The notes below the pieces were generated by a model. It made no database searches. It was given only the letters and a program-made list of their open reading frames with translations, and had not been told where the DNA came from. Position numbers and translations under genes: made by a program. A stretch of 49,154 bases of DNA from an uncultured bacterium (lineage in GTDB: Bacteria; Krumholzibacteriota; Krumholzibacteriia; LZORAL124-64-63). This document shows, one piece after another, positions 1 through 9,977 of this stretch; the first letter of the stretch is position 1, and every line of letters starts with the position of its first letter. The stretch lies in contig CBDURF010000002.1 in assembly GCA_965369705.1 (NCBI GenBank), positions 1-49,154 of the forward strand, read 5' to 3'.

Positions 1-128
1 TTTTCCTCACGTTTGTGGATTGGAGGGCGGAAAAAATCCAAGTTGAAACAGAAAATCCGGCCTGTTTCCTTCCCAAACACAATTTCAAAGGCACAACCTA
101 CGGCATTTGGGCCACGGCGTTCAAAGTT

Positions 129-260
129 GTGACGTCGGTGGGTTTGTTTGTGGGGCGTGTGGAGGTTTCCGTAGCCATGGAGGCCGGAGGAACCCATAAC
201 CCGAAAGAGGCCGTGACACGATGTCACGGCCCCTTGTCCCCACAAACAAACCCATCGACG

Positions 261-264
<4 letters not shown>
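129..264. repeat. 27-nt inverted repeat (129-155 / 238-264, 1 mismatch) enclosing a perfect 10-bp hairpin (211-233). The right arm overlaps the glmS stop codon.
   Basis: Left arm is gtgacgtcggtgggtttgtttgtgggg. The reverse complement of the right arm is gtgacgtcgatgggtttgtttgtgggg. The inner hairpin is ggccgtgaca-cga-tgtcacggcc, and on the minus strand it is followed by ctctttcgggtt. Confidence 0.8.
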
Positions 265-2081
<1,817 letters not shown>

Positions 2082-2209
2082 TGGCCATTCCTCCATATTG
2101 CAGACGCAAATTCGGGCGCCAAAAGACGATTCACGCTATTAATCAAATTTTCTGGGAACATGATAAGCCCGAACCGGCATAAAGTCACCATCGTATTTCC
2201 CGGGGCGGA

Positions 2210-3544
2210 TCACCGGGCCTCCCGGACCCTGTTGATGAGTTCGACCGCCTCGGCCTCGTCTTTAGCCTCGGCGATGATGCGCACCACCGGTTCGGTGTTT
2301 GAGGGACGCACATGCACCCAGGCGTCCGGACCGATCCATTTCAGGCCGTCGCTGTCATCGATCCGGCCGTCGCCCAAACCGCTCAACACCCGGACGAGAT
2401 CGTCATCTGCGGGCAAATCGTCGCTGGCCACCTTTGTCTTTATCATGGCCACGGGCGGCAGTGCGTCAGCCATCTCCGCCAGGGAGCGGCCGCTTTCGGT
2501 GACGGCCTGCAGGATCATCGCGATGCCGACCAGGGCGTCCCGGCCAGCGTGAATGGTGGGATAGATGACACCCCCGTTCCCCTCACCGCCGAGGATGCAG
2601 TCGTGGGCGAGAATCGCCTCCACCACGTTGGCCTCCCCCACGGGAGTCCGGTGCACGACCTGGCCGTGGCCGGCGGCGATCTTTTCGACAAGACCGGTCG
2701 TGGACAGATTCACGGCCATGGGTCCAGGCGTCTTGCCCAGCAAGAAATCCGCGGCGAGCACCAGGGTCATTTCCTCGCTCAGGGCCCGGCCTCCGCCATC
2801 GACCAGGGCCAGGCGGTCCACATCCGGATCGACGGCGAAGCCGAGATCGGCGCCCTGGGCGCGAACTTCGGCGCACAGGTCCCCCAGATGGGCGGGCGTC
2901 GGTTCGGGATCATGGGGAAACCGACCGGACATTTCACAGAACAGCGGCGTGCAACGGACCCCGAGGGTTTCCAGCAGGGCCGGGACGATGCTCCCGCCGG
3001 CCCCCTCGACCGCGTCCACCACCGCGTGCAGATTTCGGCTGCGGATCCGGTCCACGTCCAGCCAGGGTACGCCGCAGATGGCGTCGAGGTGCTGCTGGTC
3101 GGCGCCGGCATGGAGACTGACCTGGCCCAGTTTGTCGAACGCGACATGCCCGGATCCCTCCTCGTACCGCTGGCGCAGTTCACGGTTCTCGGCCGCCGTA
3201 AGAAAAAGCCCGCCGCCGGACAGGAACTTCAAGGCATTCCACTGCTGGGGGTTGTGGCTGGCGGTGATGATCACCCCGCCGACGGCGTTGCTCTCCTGCA
3301 CTGCGATTTCCGTGGTCGGGGTCGTGGCGATGTCGATGTTCCACACGTCGTGCCCGGTCGATACCAGGGCCGCGGCCACGGCATCCAGGACCATGGGGCC
3401 ACTGATCCTGCTGTCCCGGCCGACGACAACGGGCCCGGGGGGCAGCCAGGCCCCGAAGGCGGAGGCCCAGCGTGCGACCGTGACGGCGTCTAAACCGTCC
3501 CCAATCACCCCACGAATTCCGGAAATACTGACTCGCAAAGGCAT
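2210..3544 (-). CDS. glmM: Alpha-D-phosphohexomutase, probable phosphoglucosamine mutase
   Basis: SISGIRGVIG N-terminus, active-site TASHNP, four-domain length (444 aa), position directly upstream of glmS. The ATG at 3544 is preceded by GGAAAGGA. A PGM/PMM assignment cannot be excluded. Confidence 0.85.
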   Translation of the reverse strand: MPLRVSISGIRGVIGDGLDAVTVARWASAFGAWLPPGPVVVGRDSRISGPMVLDAVAAALVSTGHDVWNIDIATTPTTEIAVQESNAVGGVIITASHNPQQWNALKFLSGGGLFLTAAENRELRQRYEEGSGHVAFDKLGQVSLHAGADQQHLDAICGVPWLDVDRIRSRNLHAVVDAVEGAGGSIVPALLETLGVRCTPLFCEMSGRFPHDPEPTPAHLGDLCAEVRAQGADLGFAVDPDVDRLALVDGGGRALSEEMTLVLAADFLLGKTPGPMAVNLSTTGLVEKIAAGHGQVVHRTPVGEANVVEAILAHDCILGGEGNGGVIYPTIHAGRDALVGIAMILQAVTESGRSLAEMADALPPVAMIKTKVASDDLPADDDLVRVLSGLGDGRIDDSDGLKWIGPDAWVHVRPSNTEPVVRIIAEAKDEAEAVELINRVREAR

Positions 3545-3675
3545 ATGGGATTCCTTTCCGCGCGTTTCACTCGGCGGCCGACGGTCAACGGAGTGTATTT
3601 TGAAATCGGGAAATCCTTCCCGGCGCGATGGCATTCGAACGGCCATCCTAGCTTCCTGGCCGCCCACAATATAGC

Positions 3676-3699
3676 AAAAAAAACCTGCGCAACCGCAGG
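3676..3699 (-). terminator. Rho-independent terminator downstream of tRNA-Thr
   Basis: Minus strand reads cctgcg-gttg-cgcagg followed by TTTTTTTT. Confidence 0.75.
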
Positions 3700-3733
3700 C
3701 TTCTCATACAACCGGAAAATAAATCCGAGTTAA

Positions 3734-3809
3734 TGGAGCTGGTGTGCGGACTCGAACCGCAGACCTGCTCATTACGAGTGAGCTGCTCTACCAGCTGAGC
3801 TACACCAGC
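3734..3809 (-). tRNA. tRNA-Thr (anticodon CGT), CCA encoded
   Basis: Hand-folded cloverleaf: GCTGGTG TA GCTC AGCTGGTA GAGC A GCTCA CTCGTAA TGAGC AGGTC TGCGG TTCGAGT CCGCA CACCAGC T CCA. Confidence 0.95.
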
Positions 3810-3833
3810 TCCTGGGAATTCATTCTTCAACAG

Positions 3834-3909
3834 TGGTGCCTGGGGGCGGAATCGAACCACCGACACCATGATTTTCAGTCATGTGCTCTACCAACTGAGC
3901 TACCCAGGC
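3834..3909 (-). tRNA. tRNA-Phe (anticodon GAA), CCA encoded
   Basis: Hand-folded cloverleaf: GCCTGGG TA GCTC AGTTGGTA GAGC A CATGA CTGAAAA TCATG GTGTC GGTGG TTCGATT CCGCC CCCAGGC A CCA. Confidence 0.95.
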
Positions 3910-3941
3910 CCCAAACTGTTTCCGCTGGAAGCGGGTAGGGA

Positions 3942-3970
3942 ATAAAACACCGCAGGGAATCGATTGTCAA
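3942..3970 (-). promoter_or_regulatory. Candidate sigma70-type promoter for the tRNA-Phe/tRNA-Thr unit
   Basis: Minus strand reads TTGACA, a 17-nt spacer, then TTTTAT. It ends about 30 nt upstream of the tRNA-Phe 5' end. Confidence 0.4.
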
Positions 3971-4045
3971 GCTGGCGGCGGGATTTTTCAACCCGGCGGG
4001 ACAGACGACCGCCGGGCCCCGGCAAAGGGATCATCAACAGGCTGG

Positions 4046-4453
4046 TCAGCTGGCGGCCTTCTGGGTCAGTTCGGTGATCATACTGACAACTTGTTCAAGT
4101 TCAAAGGGCTTATAGAGGCAGGCATCAGCCCTGGACCAGGTGGCGATGAATTTTTCCCGGTCGTGGGAATCCACCTTCCTGGCGGTCAGGAGCATGATCG
4201 GGAAAGACTTGGCCTCAGGATCGTTCTCCATCCATTCCTTGAGCATGCGGCTGACTTCGTAACCGTTGCATCCGGGCAGCATGACATCCAGGATCATGAA
4301 ATCCGGGGGTAGGCGTTTGGCCTTGTCCAGCCCCTCCAGGCCGTCCAGAGCGGTGGCGACCTCGTACCCCTTCTTCGCCAGACTGTATTCGAGGGTTTCC
4401 AGGATGTCCGGTTCGTCATCCACCACGAGAATCCGTAACGCGCGATCCATCAT
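4046..4453 (-). CDS. Stand-alone response regulator receiver (CheY-like)
   Basis: ILVVDDEPDI, phospho-acceptor context ILDVMLPG, and LLTAR...KPF. No output domain is present. GGAGGA lies just upstream of tandem ATG codons, so the start could be 4453 or 4450. Confidence 0.9.
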   Translation of the reverse strand: MMDRALRILVVDDEPDILETLEYSLAKKGYEVATALDGLEGLDKAKRLPPDFMILDVMLPGCNGYEVSRMLKEWMENDPEAKSFPIMLLTARKVDSHDREKFIATWSRADACLYKPFELEQVVSMITELTQKAAS

Positions 4454-4495
4454 CAATCCTCCGTTGCATCGGTACTGGGCCGAAGAAATCGATCC

Positions 4496-5764
4496 TCACA
4501 ATTTATTCGGCCCGTCAGGGGCCGGGTTGACCATTGTTTCCTGTTGTTTCCCGGACGATCCGGCGACCGTCGCATCTTCCCCGGGTTCGGGAGCCAGGTA
4601 TTCCCAGCGGGTCGCCTCAAGCCCTCCGCCCATGCGGGCGACGTAGAGTGCCCAGCGACGGCTCCAATTGACCGGATCCAGAACGGCGGCCGCCCAGAGA
4701 CCGGGGGACGGCTCCCAACCCCGGGCGTAACCCGACGGCTCCCCGCCGAAGAACTCCACCACCTTCAAACCGGCCGGGGAGGTGCCACCGGCGCCCAGGC
4801 GCAGATCGAGCACCCCGACCAGAGGCTGAACACCGTGCCGCGAGCCTCTGGATAGGGCCTCCTTCAGCCGATCCACAGTGCGCTGGAAATGTTCCGCGGC
4901 GGGGTCCCGGGGTAACTTGAGCCAGACGGTGGTGCCCCGACCCGGCAGACTGACCAGCCGGATCTGACCGCCATGGGATTCCACAAGCCGGCGGGTAATG
5001 GAGAGTCCCAGGCCGGTCCCGGCGGCGTTGGCGCCCGCGGAGAATCGACCTCTGTTGAAAGGTTCGAAGATCCTGCCCTGGACGTCGGGGCTCAGGCCCG
5101 GGCCGTTGTCCTCCACGATCAGGTTGAAATGGGCCAGGGGCAGGCCGCAATGACGGGCCAACCTGCCCGCCAGACTCCGCGGGTATCCTGTACACGACTC
5201 CAGCCAAACCCGCACCAGTCCGCCGGGCTCGGTGTACTTCAGGGCGTTGCCCAGCACGTTGTCCAGCATGCGGATCACCAGATCGGGATCCACCCGGGCG
5301 GGAAAACTCTCAGGCAGTCCCGTATCATCGACTTCGAGGCCGCGGCTGGCCGCCGTCATCTTGTGCAGTCGGGCGGCCTCCTTCAGGATCGGGCCCAGAT
5401 CCACCTTGCGCCGCCTGATGGGGATGGAACCCGCCGGCAACCGGGCGGCCGTCAGCATGTCCTCCACCATCCGGTCCAAGCGATCGATGTTGCGTCGGGC
5501 CATGCCCAGGAAACGCCTCTGATCGGGCGTGAGGTCGCCCGCCTCCCCACTCAGCACCAGGTTCAGGCAGGATTGCAGCGAGGACAGTGGTGTGCGGAGG
5601 TCGTGGGTCAGGGATCGGACCGCTTCAGGCAGGCCGGAATCCCCGGGCCGGGAGGAGGGCTTCAGGGCTTCCGGAAGGGCTTCCGGAAGGGCTTTCGGGA
5701 GACCCGTTTCCAGGGACCCCGGATTGGGTGACTTCTGGTCATTGTTCCGAACAACGGCTGGCAA
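4496..5764 (-). CDS. Soluble histidine kinase (HisKA + HATPase_c) with an uncharacterised ~125-aa C-terminal extension
   Basis: H-box SLTHDLRTPLSSL, N-box GNALKYT, G-boxes DNGPGL and GTGLGLSI. No hydrophobic segment is present. The TTG start at 5764 lies 6 nt after GGAGGGG. No in-frame ATG occurs before the H-box. Confidence 0.88.
   Translation of the reverse strand: MPAVVRNNDQKSPNPGSLETGLPKALPEALPEALKPSSRPGDSGLPEAVRSLTHDLRTPLSSLQSCLNLVLSGEAGDLTPDQRRFLGMARRNIDRLDRMVEDMLTAARLPAGSIPIRRRKVDLGPILKEAARLHKMTAASRGLEVDDTGLPESFPARVDPDLVIRMLDNVLGNALKYTEPGGLVRVWLESCTGYPRSLAGRLARHCGLPLAHFNLIVEDNGPGLSPDVQGRIFEPFNRGRFSAGANAAGTGLGLSITRRLVESHGGQIRLVSLPGRGTTVWLKLPRDPAAEHFQRTVDRLKEALSRGSRHGVQPLVGVLDLRLGAGGTSPAGLKVVEFFGGEPSGYARGWEPSPGLWAAAVLDPVNWSRRWALYVARMGGGLEATRWEYLAPEPGEDATVAGSSGKQQETMVNPAPDGPNKL
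5657..5700. repeat. 12-nt tandem repeat (GGGCTTCCGGAA-like, about 3.5 copies) inside the kinase gene
   Basis: It encodes LPKA-LPEA-LPEA-L near the kinase N-terminus. Two units are identical and the flanking units are degenerate. Confidence 0.85.
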
Positions 5765-6058
5765 TTTTTTCCCCTCCGGGTGGCCCGGATCCGGTTGACA
5801 CTCCCCAAGTTATTGTATGGTTACGGGTTGAATAAAAACCCGAAAGCTGCTTCGCCACGCTTGATGGGGCAATTTGCAAGGGATATGCCAAGGCGATGAC
5901 TGCCGCTTCAGTCGGTCGGCGCGCCGCAGGCCCCCCGGGGAGCCTGCGGCCGGAACAACACCTTGAAATTCAACGGTTTAATTTATTTTAGTCCCAATTG
6001 GGAACCTCAAGTTTGCCGAGAGCACTGGCGATAGAATGGCGGCGGGGAAATATCATTC

Positions 6059-6077
6059 AAAAACCCGCCGGCGGGTT
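6059..6077 (-). terminator. Rho-independent terminator about 100 nt downstream of uvrA
   Basis: Perfect palindrome aacccgcc/ggcgggtt, followed on the minus strand by TTTTT. Confidence 0.7.
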
Positions 6078-6179
6078 GTTATTGTCCATTTCATTATTCT
6101 ACAATCGCTTGTGTCCCACAATGTTTCTCTGGAAAGCAAAAAGTCGGACACCATCCGAGGCGCAACCCAATGATTCGGG

Positions 6180-8978
6180 TCAGACCCTGCCGGCAAGCTT
6201 CCGGGCAAGATATCGGCCGGTAAGGGAGGACTTGTCGCGGGCGACCTCCTCGACAGAGCCTTGGGTGACCACGCGTCCGCCGTGGCGACCGCCCCCCGGA
6301 CCGAGGTCCAGGATCCAGTCCGCCTGGCAGATGAGATCCAGATTGTGCTCGATCACCAGCACGGAGTGCTCGCGGTCCACCAGCTCGTGCAGGACCTTGA
6401 CGAGGGCGCGTACATCCTCGGCGTGAAGGCCGGTGGTTGGTTCGTCCAGGAGATACAGGTTGTGCTTGCCCGAGGGCATGGCCAGTTCCCGGGCTATCTT
6501 GAGGCGCTGACTCTCTCCACCGGAAAGGGTCGGAGCCGGCTGGCCGAGCGTCAGATAACCCAACCCCACCTTCTTCAGCAGCCACAGGCGCTGGCTCACT
6601 GCCGCCACGTCTCCGAAGAACGCAAGGGCGTCATCCACCGTCAGTTCCAGGGCTTGGGCGATGTTCAACCCCTTGTAGCGGATCTCCAGGGTGCTGGGGT
6701 TGAAGCGGCTGCCGCGGCATTCCTCGCAAGGCACCGTGATGTCGGCCATGAACTGCATCTCCACCCGATGGTAGCCCATGCCCTGGCAATTGGAGCAACG
6801 CCCTCCCGCCGTGTTGAAGCTGAAGCGGCCCGGCGCGTAACCACGGGCGAGGGATTCCTTGACGCCGGCGAACAGTTCCCGGATCGGGGCGAGGACCTGG
6901 AGATAGGTGGCGGGATTCGACCGGCTGGTCTTGCCGATGGGTGACTGGTCCACGCGGACGACCTTGCCCACACCGTGGCTGCCGTGGATCGAAGTGAAGG
7001 GAAAGGCCCGGCCCGTGCCCCCGGCGACCCGGGCGGTCAGCCCATCGTAGAGACAGCCGTTCATGAGGCTGCTCTTGCCCGAGCCCGAAATTCCGGTCAA
7101 GGCGACGAATCGGCGCAGGGGGATCTTGACCTCGATATCCCGCAGGTTGTGCAGACGAGCGCCCTTGACTGTAAGCCAACGGTCGGCCTTGCCCCGGCGT
7201 TGCCCGGCCTCCCGCAGGGGAACCTGCCCGCGCAGGTGGCGGGCGGTCAACGTGTCCCCGTTTGCCAACAGGTCCGCCAGGGATCCCTGGTAGACGACCG
7301 CTCCCCCGCCCGTGCCGGCTCCGGGTCCCAGTTCCACGAAATATTCAGCGGCCTTCAGCACGGCCAGGTCGTGTTCGACCACCACCACGGTGTTTCCCCC
7401 GGCCACGAGATCGTCAAGGGTCTCGATGAGCCGATCCACATCACCGGCATGAAGGCCGCAGGTAGGCTCGTCCAGGACATAGAGGGTGTCGACCAGCCGG
7501 GCTCCCAGGGCGTTGGCCAGATGGATCCGCTGGGCCTCGCCCCCGGACAGGGTCCGGGTCAGGCGGTCCAGGGTCAGGTAGCCCAGCCCGACGCGGTTCA
7601 GAAACCCCAGCCGGTGGAGGATTTCGTCCCGCACCTCGCCCGCCATCGCCTGGGCACTCTTGGACAGCCGGATTTTCTCCACCTTGCCCAAGGCGTCCTC
7701 GACCGACAGCTCTCCGACCGAGCCCAGGTCCATCCCCTGCACCTTGACCGCCAGGGCCTCCGGGCGCAGACGGCTGCCGCCGCAGGCACGGCACAGAGTG
7801 TCCCCCATGTAACGCCGCGTGAAGAACCGGTGGTGCCCCTTCTTCATCTCCCTGCGCATTTTCTCAAGGAAGGGAATAATCCCCGGATAGCTCTTGTCGC
7901 CCCCTTCCAGGATCAACAGCTGCTGCTTGCTGGTCAGCTTGTGGAAGGGTTTGTCCGCGGGAATCTTCCGGCGGGCGCAGAAACGGAGCAGGCCGGTGAA
8001 ATTGCGGGAAAAACTTTCCGTACTCCAGGGTTTGACAGCCCCGTCCCGCACGGTCAATTCGGGGTCGGGAATGATTTTCTCCTCGTCGAATTCCAGGCGG
8101 TTGCCGAAGCCCTTGCAGGCTGGACAGGCCCCTTCGGGGGAATTGAAGGAGAACAGGCGGGCCGTCGGTTCGGGAAAGACCCGGCTGCAACCGTTGCACC
8201 TCAGATCATTGGAGAACTCGGTGCGCCAGGCGCCGTCCCGGTCCCGCACGGCGGCCAACCCGCCGGATTGACCGAAGGCCAGTTCGACGGCCTCGATGAA
8301 GCGAGCCCGTATCCTGGAGCCCAGGGTCAGACGGTCAACCACCACGTCGATGGTGACCCCGGCGTCCGAGAGGGGGAGATTTTCCACGTCCGGATCGTCC
8401 AGCCGAACGACGGTGCCGGCCAGCACGGCCCTCTGAAAGCCCTGGGCCAGCAGGGGCTCCCACCAGCGGGCCGCCGACTCCGTCCCGGAGACCGTAAGCG
8501 GATAGCAGATCATTACCAGGTCCCCATCGGGATGATCCCGGCGGATGCCGCGCCAGACTGTTTCGGGAGTTTCCCGGTCCACCGGGATTTCGCAGTCGGG
8601 GCAGATCACCTTGCCGACCCGGGCCCAGAGAACCCGCAGGTAGTCGTTGATTTCGGTGACGGTGCCCACGGTGCTGCGACCGCTGGTGACCGCGTTGCGC
8701 TGTTCGATGGCGATGGCGGGGCTGATGCCGTCGATCCAGTCGACGTCGGGTTTGGGCAGCCGGGCCAGGAACTGGCGTGCGTAGGTAGACAACGATTCCA
8801 CGTAACAGCGCTGACCCTCGGCGTAGAGGGTATCAAACACGAGGGAAGATTTCCCGGACCCGGACACGCCCGATACCGACGTCATCACTCCGCGGGGAAA
8901 ATCAACGTCGACATCGCGCAGATTGTGCTCGCGCGCGCCCTTGATGCGGATCCACTCGGTCAATATCCTCGGCTCCAT
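6180..8978 (-). CDS. uvrA: Excinuclease ABC subunit A
   Basis: 932 aa. Two ABC modules: GVSGSGKSSL with LSGGEAQRI, and GISGSGKSSL with LSGGESQRLK. Zinc-finger cysteines are present. N-terminus IRIKGAREHNLRD. Confidence 0.98.
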   Translation of the reverse strand: MEPRILTEWIRIKGAREHNLRDVDVDFPRGVMTSVSGVSGSGKSSLVFDTLYAEGQRCYVESLSTYARQFLARLPKPDVDWIDGISPAIAIEQRNAVTSGRSTVGTVTEINDYLRVLWARVGKVICPDCEIPVDRETPETVWRGIRRDHPDGDLVMICYPLTVSGTESAARWWEPLLAQGFQRAVLAGTVVRLDDPDVENLPLSDAGVTIDVVVDRLTLGSRIRARFIEAVELAFGQSGGLAAVRDRDGAWRTEFSNDLRCNGCSRVFPEPTARLFSFNSPEGACPACKGFGNRLEFDEEKIIPDPELTVRDGAVKPWSTESFSRNFTGLLRFCARRKIPADKPFHKLTSKQQLLILEGGDKSYPGIIPFLEKMRREMKKGHHRFFTRRYMGDTLCRACGGSRLRPEALAVKVQGMDLGSVGELSVEDALGKVEKIRLSKSAQAMAGEVRDEILHRLGFLNRVGLGYLTLDRLTRTLSGGEAQRIHLANALGARLVDTLYVLDEPTCGLHAGDVDRLIETLDDLVAGGNTVVVVEHDLAVLKAAEYFVELGPGAGTGGGAVVYQGSLADLLANGDTLTARHLRGQVPLREAGQRRGKADRWLTVKGARLHNLRDIEVKIPLRRFVALTGISGSGKSSLMNGCLYDGLTARVAGGTGRAFPFTSIHGSHGVGKVVRVDQSPIGKTSRSNPATYLQVLAPIRELFAGVKESLARGYAPGRFSFNTAGGRCSNCQGMGYHRVEMQFMADITVPCEECRGSRFNPSTLEIRYKGLNIAQALELTVDDALAFFGDVAAVSQRLWLLKKVGLGYLTLGQPAPTLSGGESQRLKIARELAMPSGKHNLYLLDEPTTGLHAEDVRALVKVLHELVDREHSVLVIEHNLDLICQADWILDLGPGGGRHGGRVVTQGSVEEVARDKSSLTGRYLARKLAGRV

Positions 8979-9121
8979 CCGGCTACGGGAAAACCATGCT
9001 CAACAGGGATTTTGCAGTCGGATAGAATAACAGAGGTTTGCCGCGGGGACAATGTGAATTAACCTGGGCAGGTTCCCGCACCCGGTTGACCCGGGTTTAA
9101 GCTTTTCCGGAAAGGATTCCA

Positions 9122-9913
9122 ATGCCCAGCAACTTCGAAGAGCTTCTCGCCACCATTCGCACCCTCCGCGCCCCCGGTGGATGTCCCTGGGACCGAAATC
9201 AGACCCTCCATGACGCCGCGCGGTATCTCATGGACGAGGCAGGGGAACTGGTCGACGCCACAATGGCCGAAGACACCGCCGGCGTCCGGGAAGAGTTGGC
9301 CGACCTGCTGTTCATGACCTGCTTCTGCACGGAGATTCTCGGCGAATCCGAACCGGTGACGATGAACGAAATCGCCAAGGAAGGAAACGCCAAGCTCATC
9401 CGCCGCCACCCCCATGTCTTCGGCGACGTCCAGGCCCGCACCACGGGAGAAAGCCAGGAGCGCTGGAACGCCATCAAGAGGGAAGAAAAGAGGGCCCGAG
9501 GTATCGACCCCGACCGGGAGTCGGCCCTCAAGGACATGCCCGCCTCCACGGCGCCCCTTCATCAGGCCTACACCTACCAGCACAACGCGGCGGACTGCGG
9601 ATTCGATTGGCCGGACATCGAGGGAGTCTGGGCCAAACTTCGCGAGGAACTGGGCGAATTCGAGGAGGCCGTCGCAGGGGGGAACACTCCAGCCATCCAG
9701 CATGAACTGGGCGATCTTCTCCTCGCGATCGTCAACCTGGCCCGCTGGCACAAGGTCCAGCCGGACATGGCGCTGCGGCAGGCCAACCAACGCTTCCGCG
9801 ACCGTTTCCACCTGGTCGAAGAGGATTTCAAAGCCCGGAATGTCGACATGAAGAAGGCGGGTATCGAGGCTCTCGAGGAGTCCTGGCAAAAGGCGAAGAG
9901 GCGGCTATCCTGA
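9122..9913 (+). CDS. mazG: Nucleoside triphosphate pyrophosphohydrolase MazG (tandem MazG domains)
   Basis: LRAPGGCPWDRNQT start, two EELADLL / ELGDLL-type helices, 263 aa. Confidence 0.93.
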   Translation: MPSNFEELLATIRTLRAPGGCPWDRNQTLHDAARYLMDEAGELVDATMAEDTAGVREELADLLFMTCFCTEILGESEPVTMNEIAKEGNAKLIRRHPHVFGDVQARTTGESQERWNAIKREEKRARGIDPDRESALKDMPASTAPLHQAYTYQHNAADCGFDWPDIEGVWAKLREELGEFEEAVAGGNTPAIQHELGDLLLAIVNLARWHKVQPDMALRQANQRFRDRFHLVEEDFKARNVDMKKAGIEALEESWQKAKRRLS

Positions 9914-9977
9914 TCGATTCCCAGGTTGGTCCATCCCGGCGGACGAGGGTCAGGGCTGGGACGCGCCAATCCGGAGA

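Noticed and set aside
2082-2209. Possible glmS ribozyme in the glmM-glmS spacer.
   Set aside because: The spacer is only 128 nt, and I cannot find the conserved glmS ribozyme core segments. The spacer looks like a plain intergenic region with a Shine-Dalgarno sequence.
6975-9062. 695-aa plus-strand ORF antisense to uvrA. There are similar shadow ORFs opposite ileS (38563-40686), fusA (44769-46727), kbl (46728-48062), fba (47857-48951), the C25 gene (27365-28789), the nagZ and spoIID-like genes, and others.
   Set aside because: Each is the mirror frame of a strongly recognised gene. None has a Shine-Dalgarno sequence or domain signature, and the composition is shadow-like.
8979-9121. LexA/SOS box in the divergent uvrA-mazG promoter region.
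   Set aside because: I could find no convincing palindrome of the CTGT-N8-ACAG, GAAC-N4-GTTC or other LexA-box types known to me.
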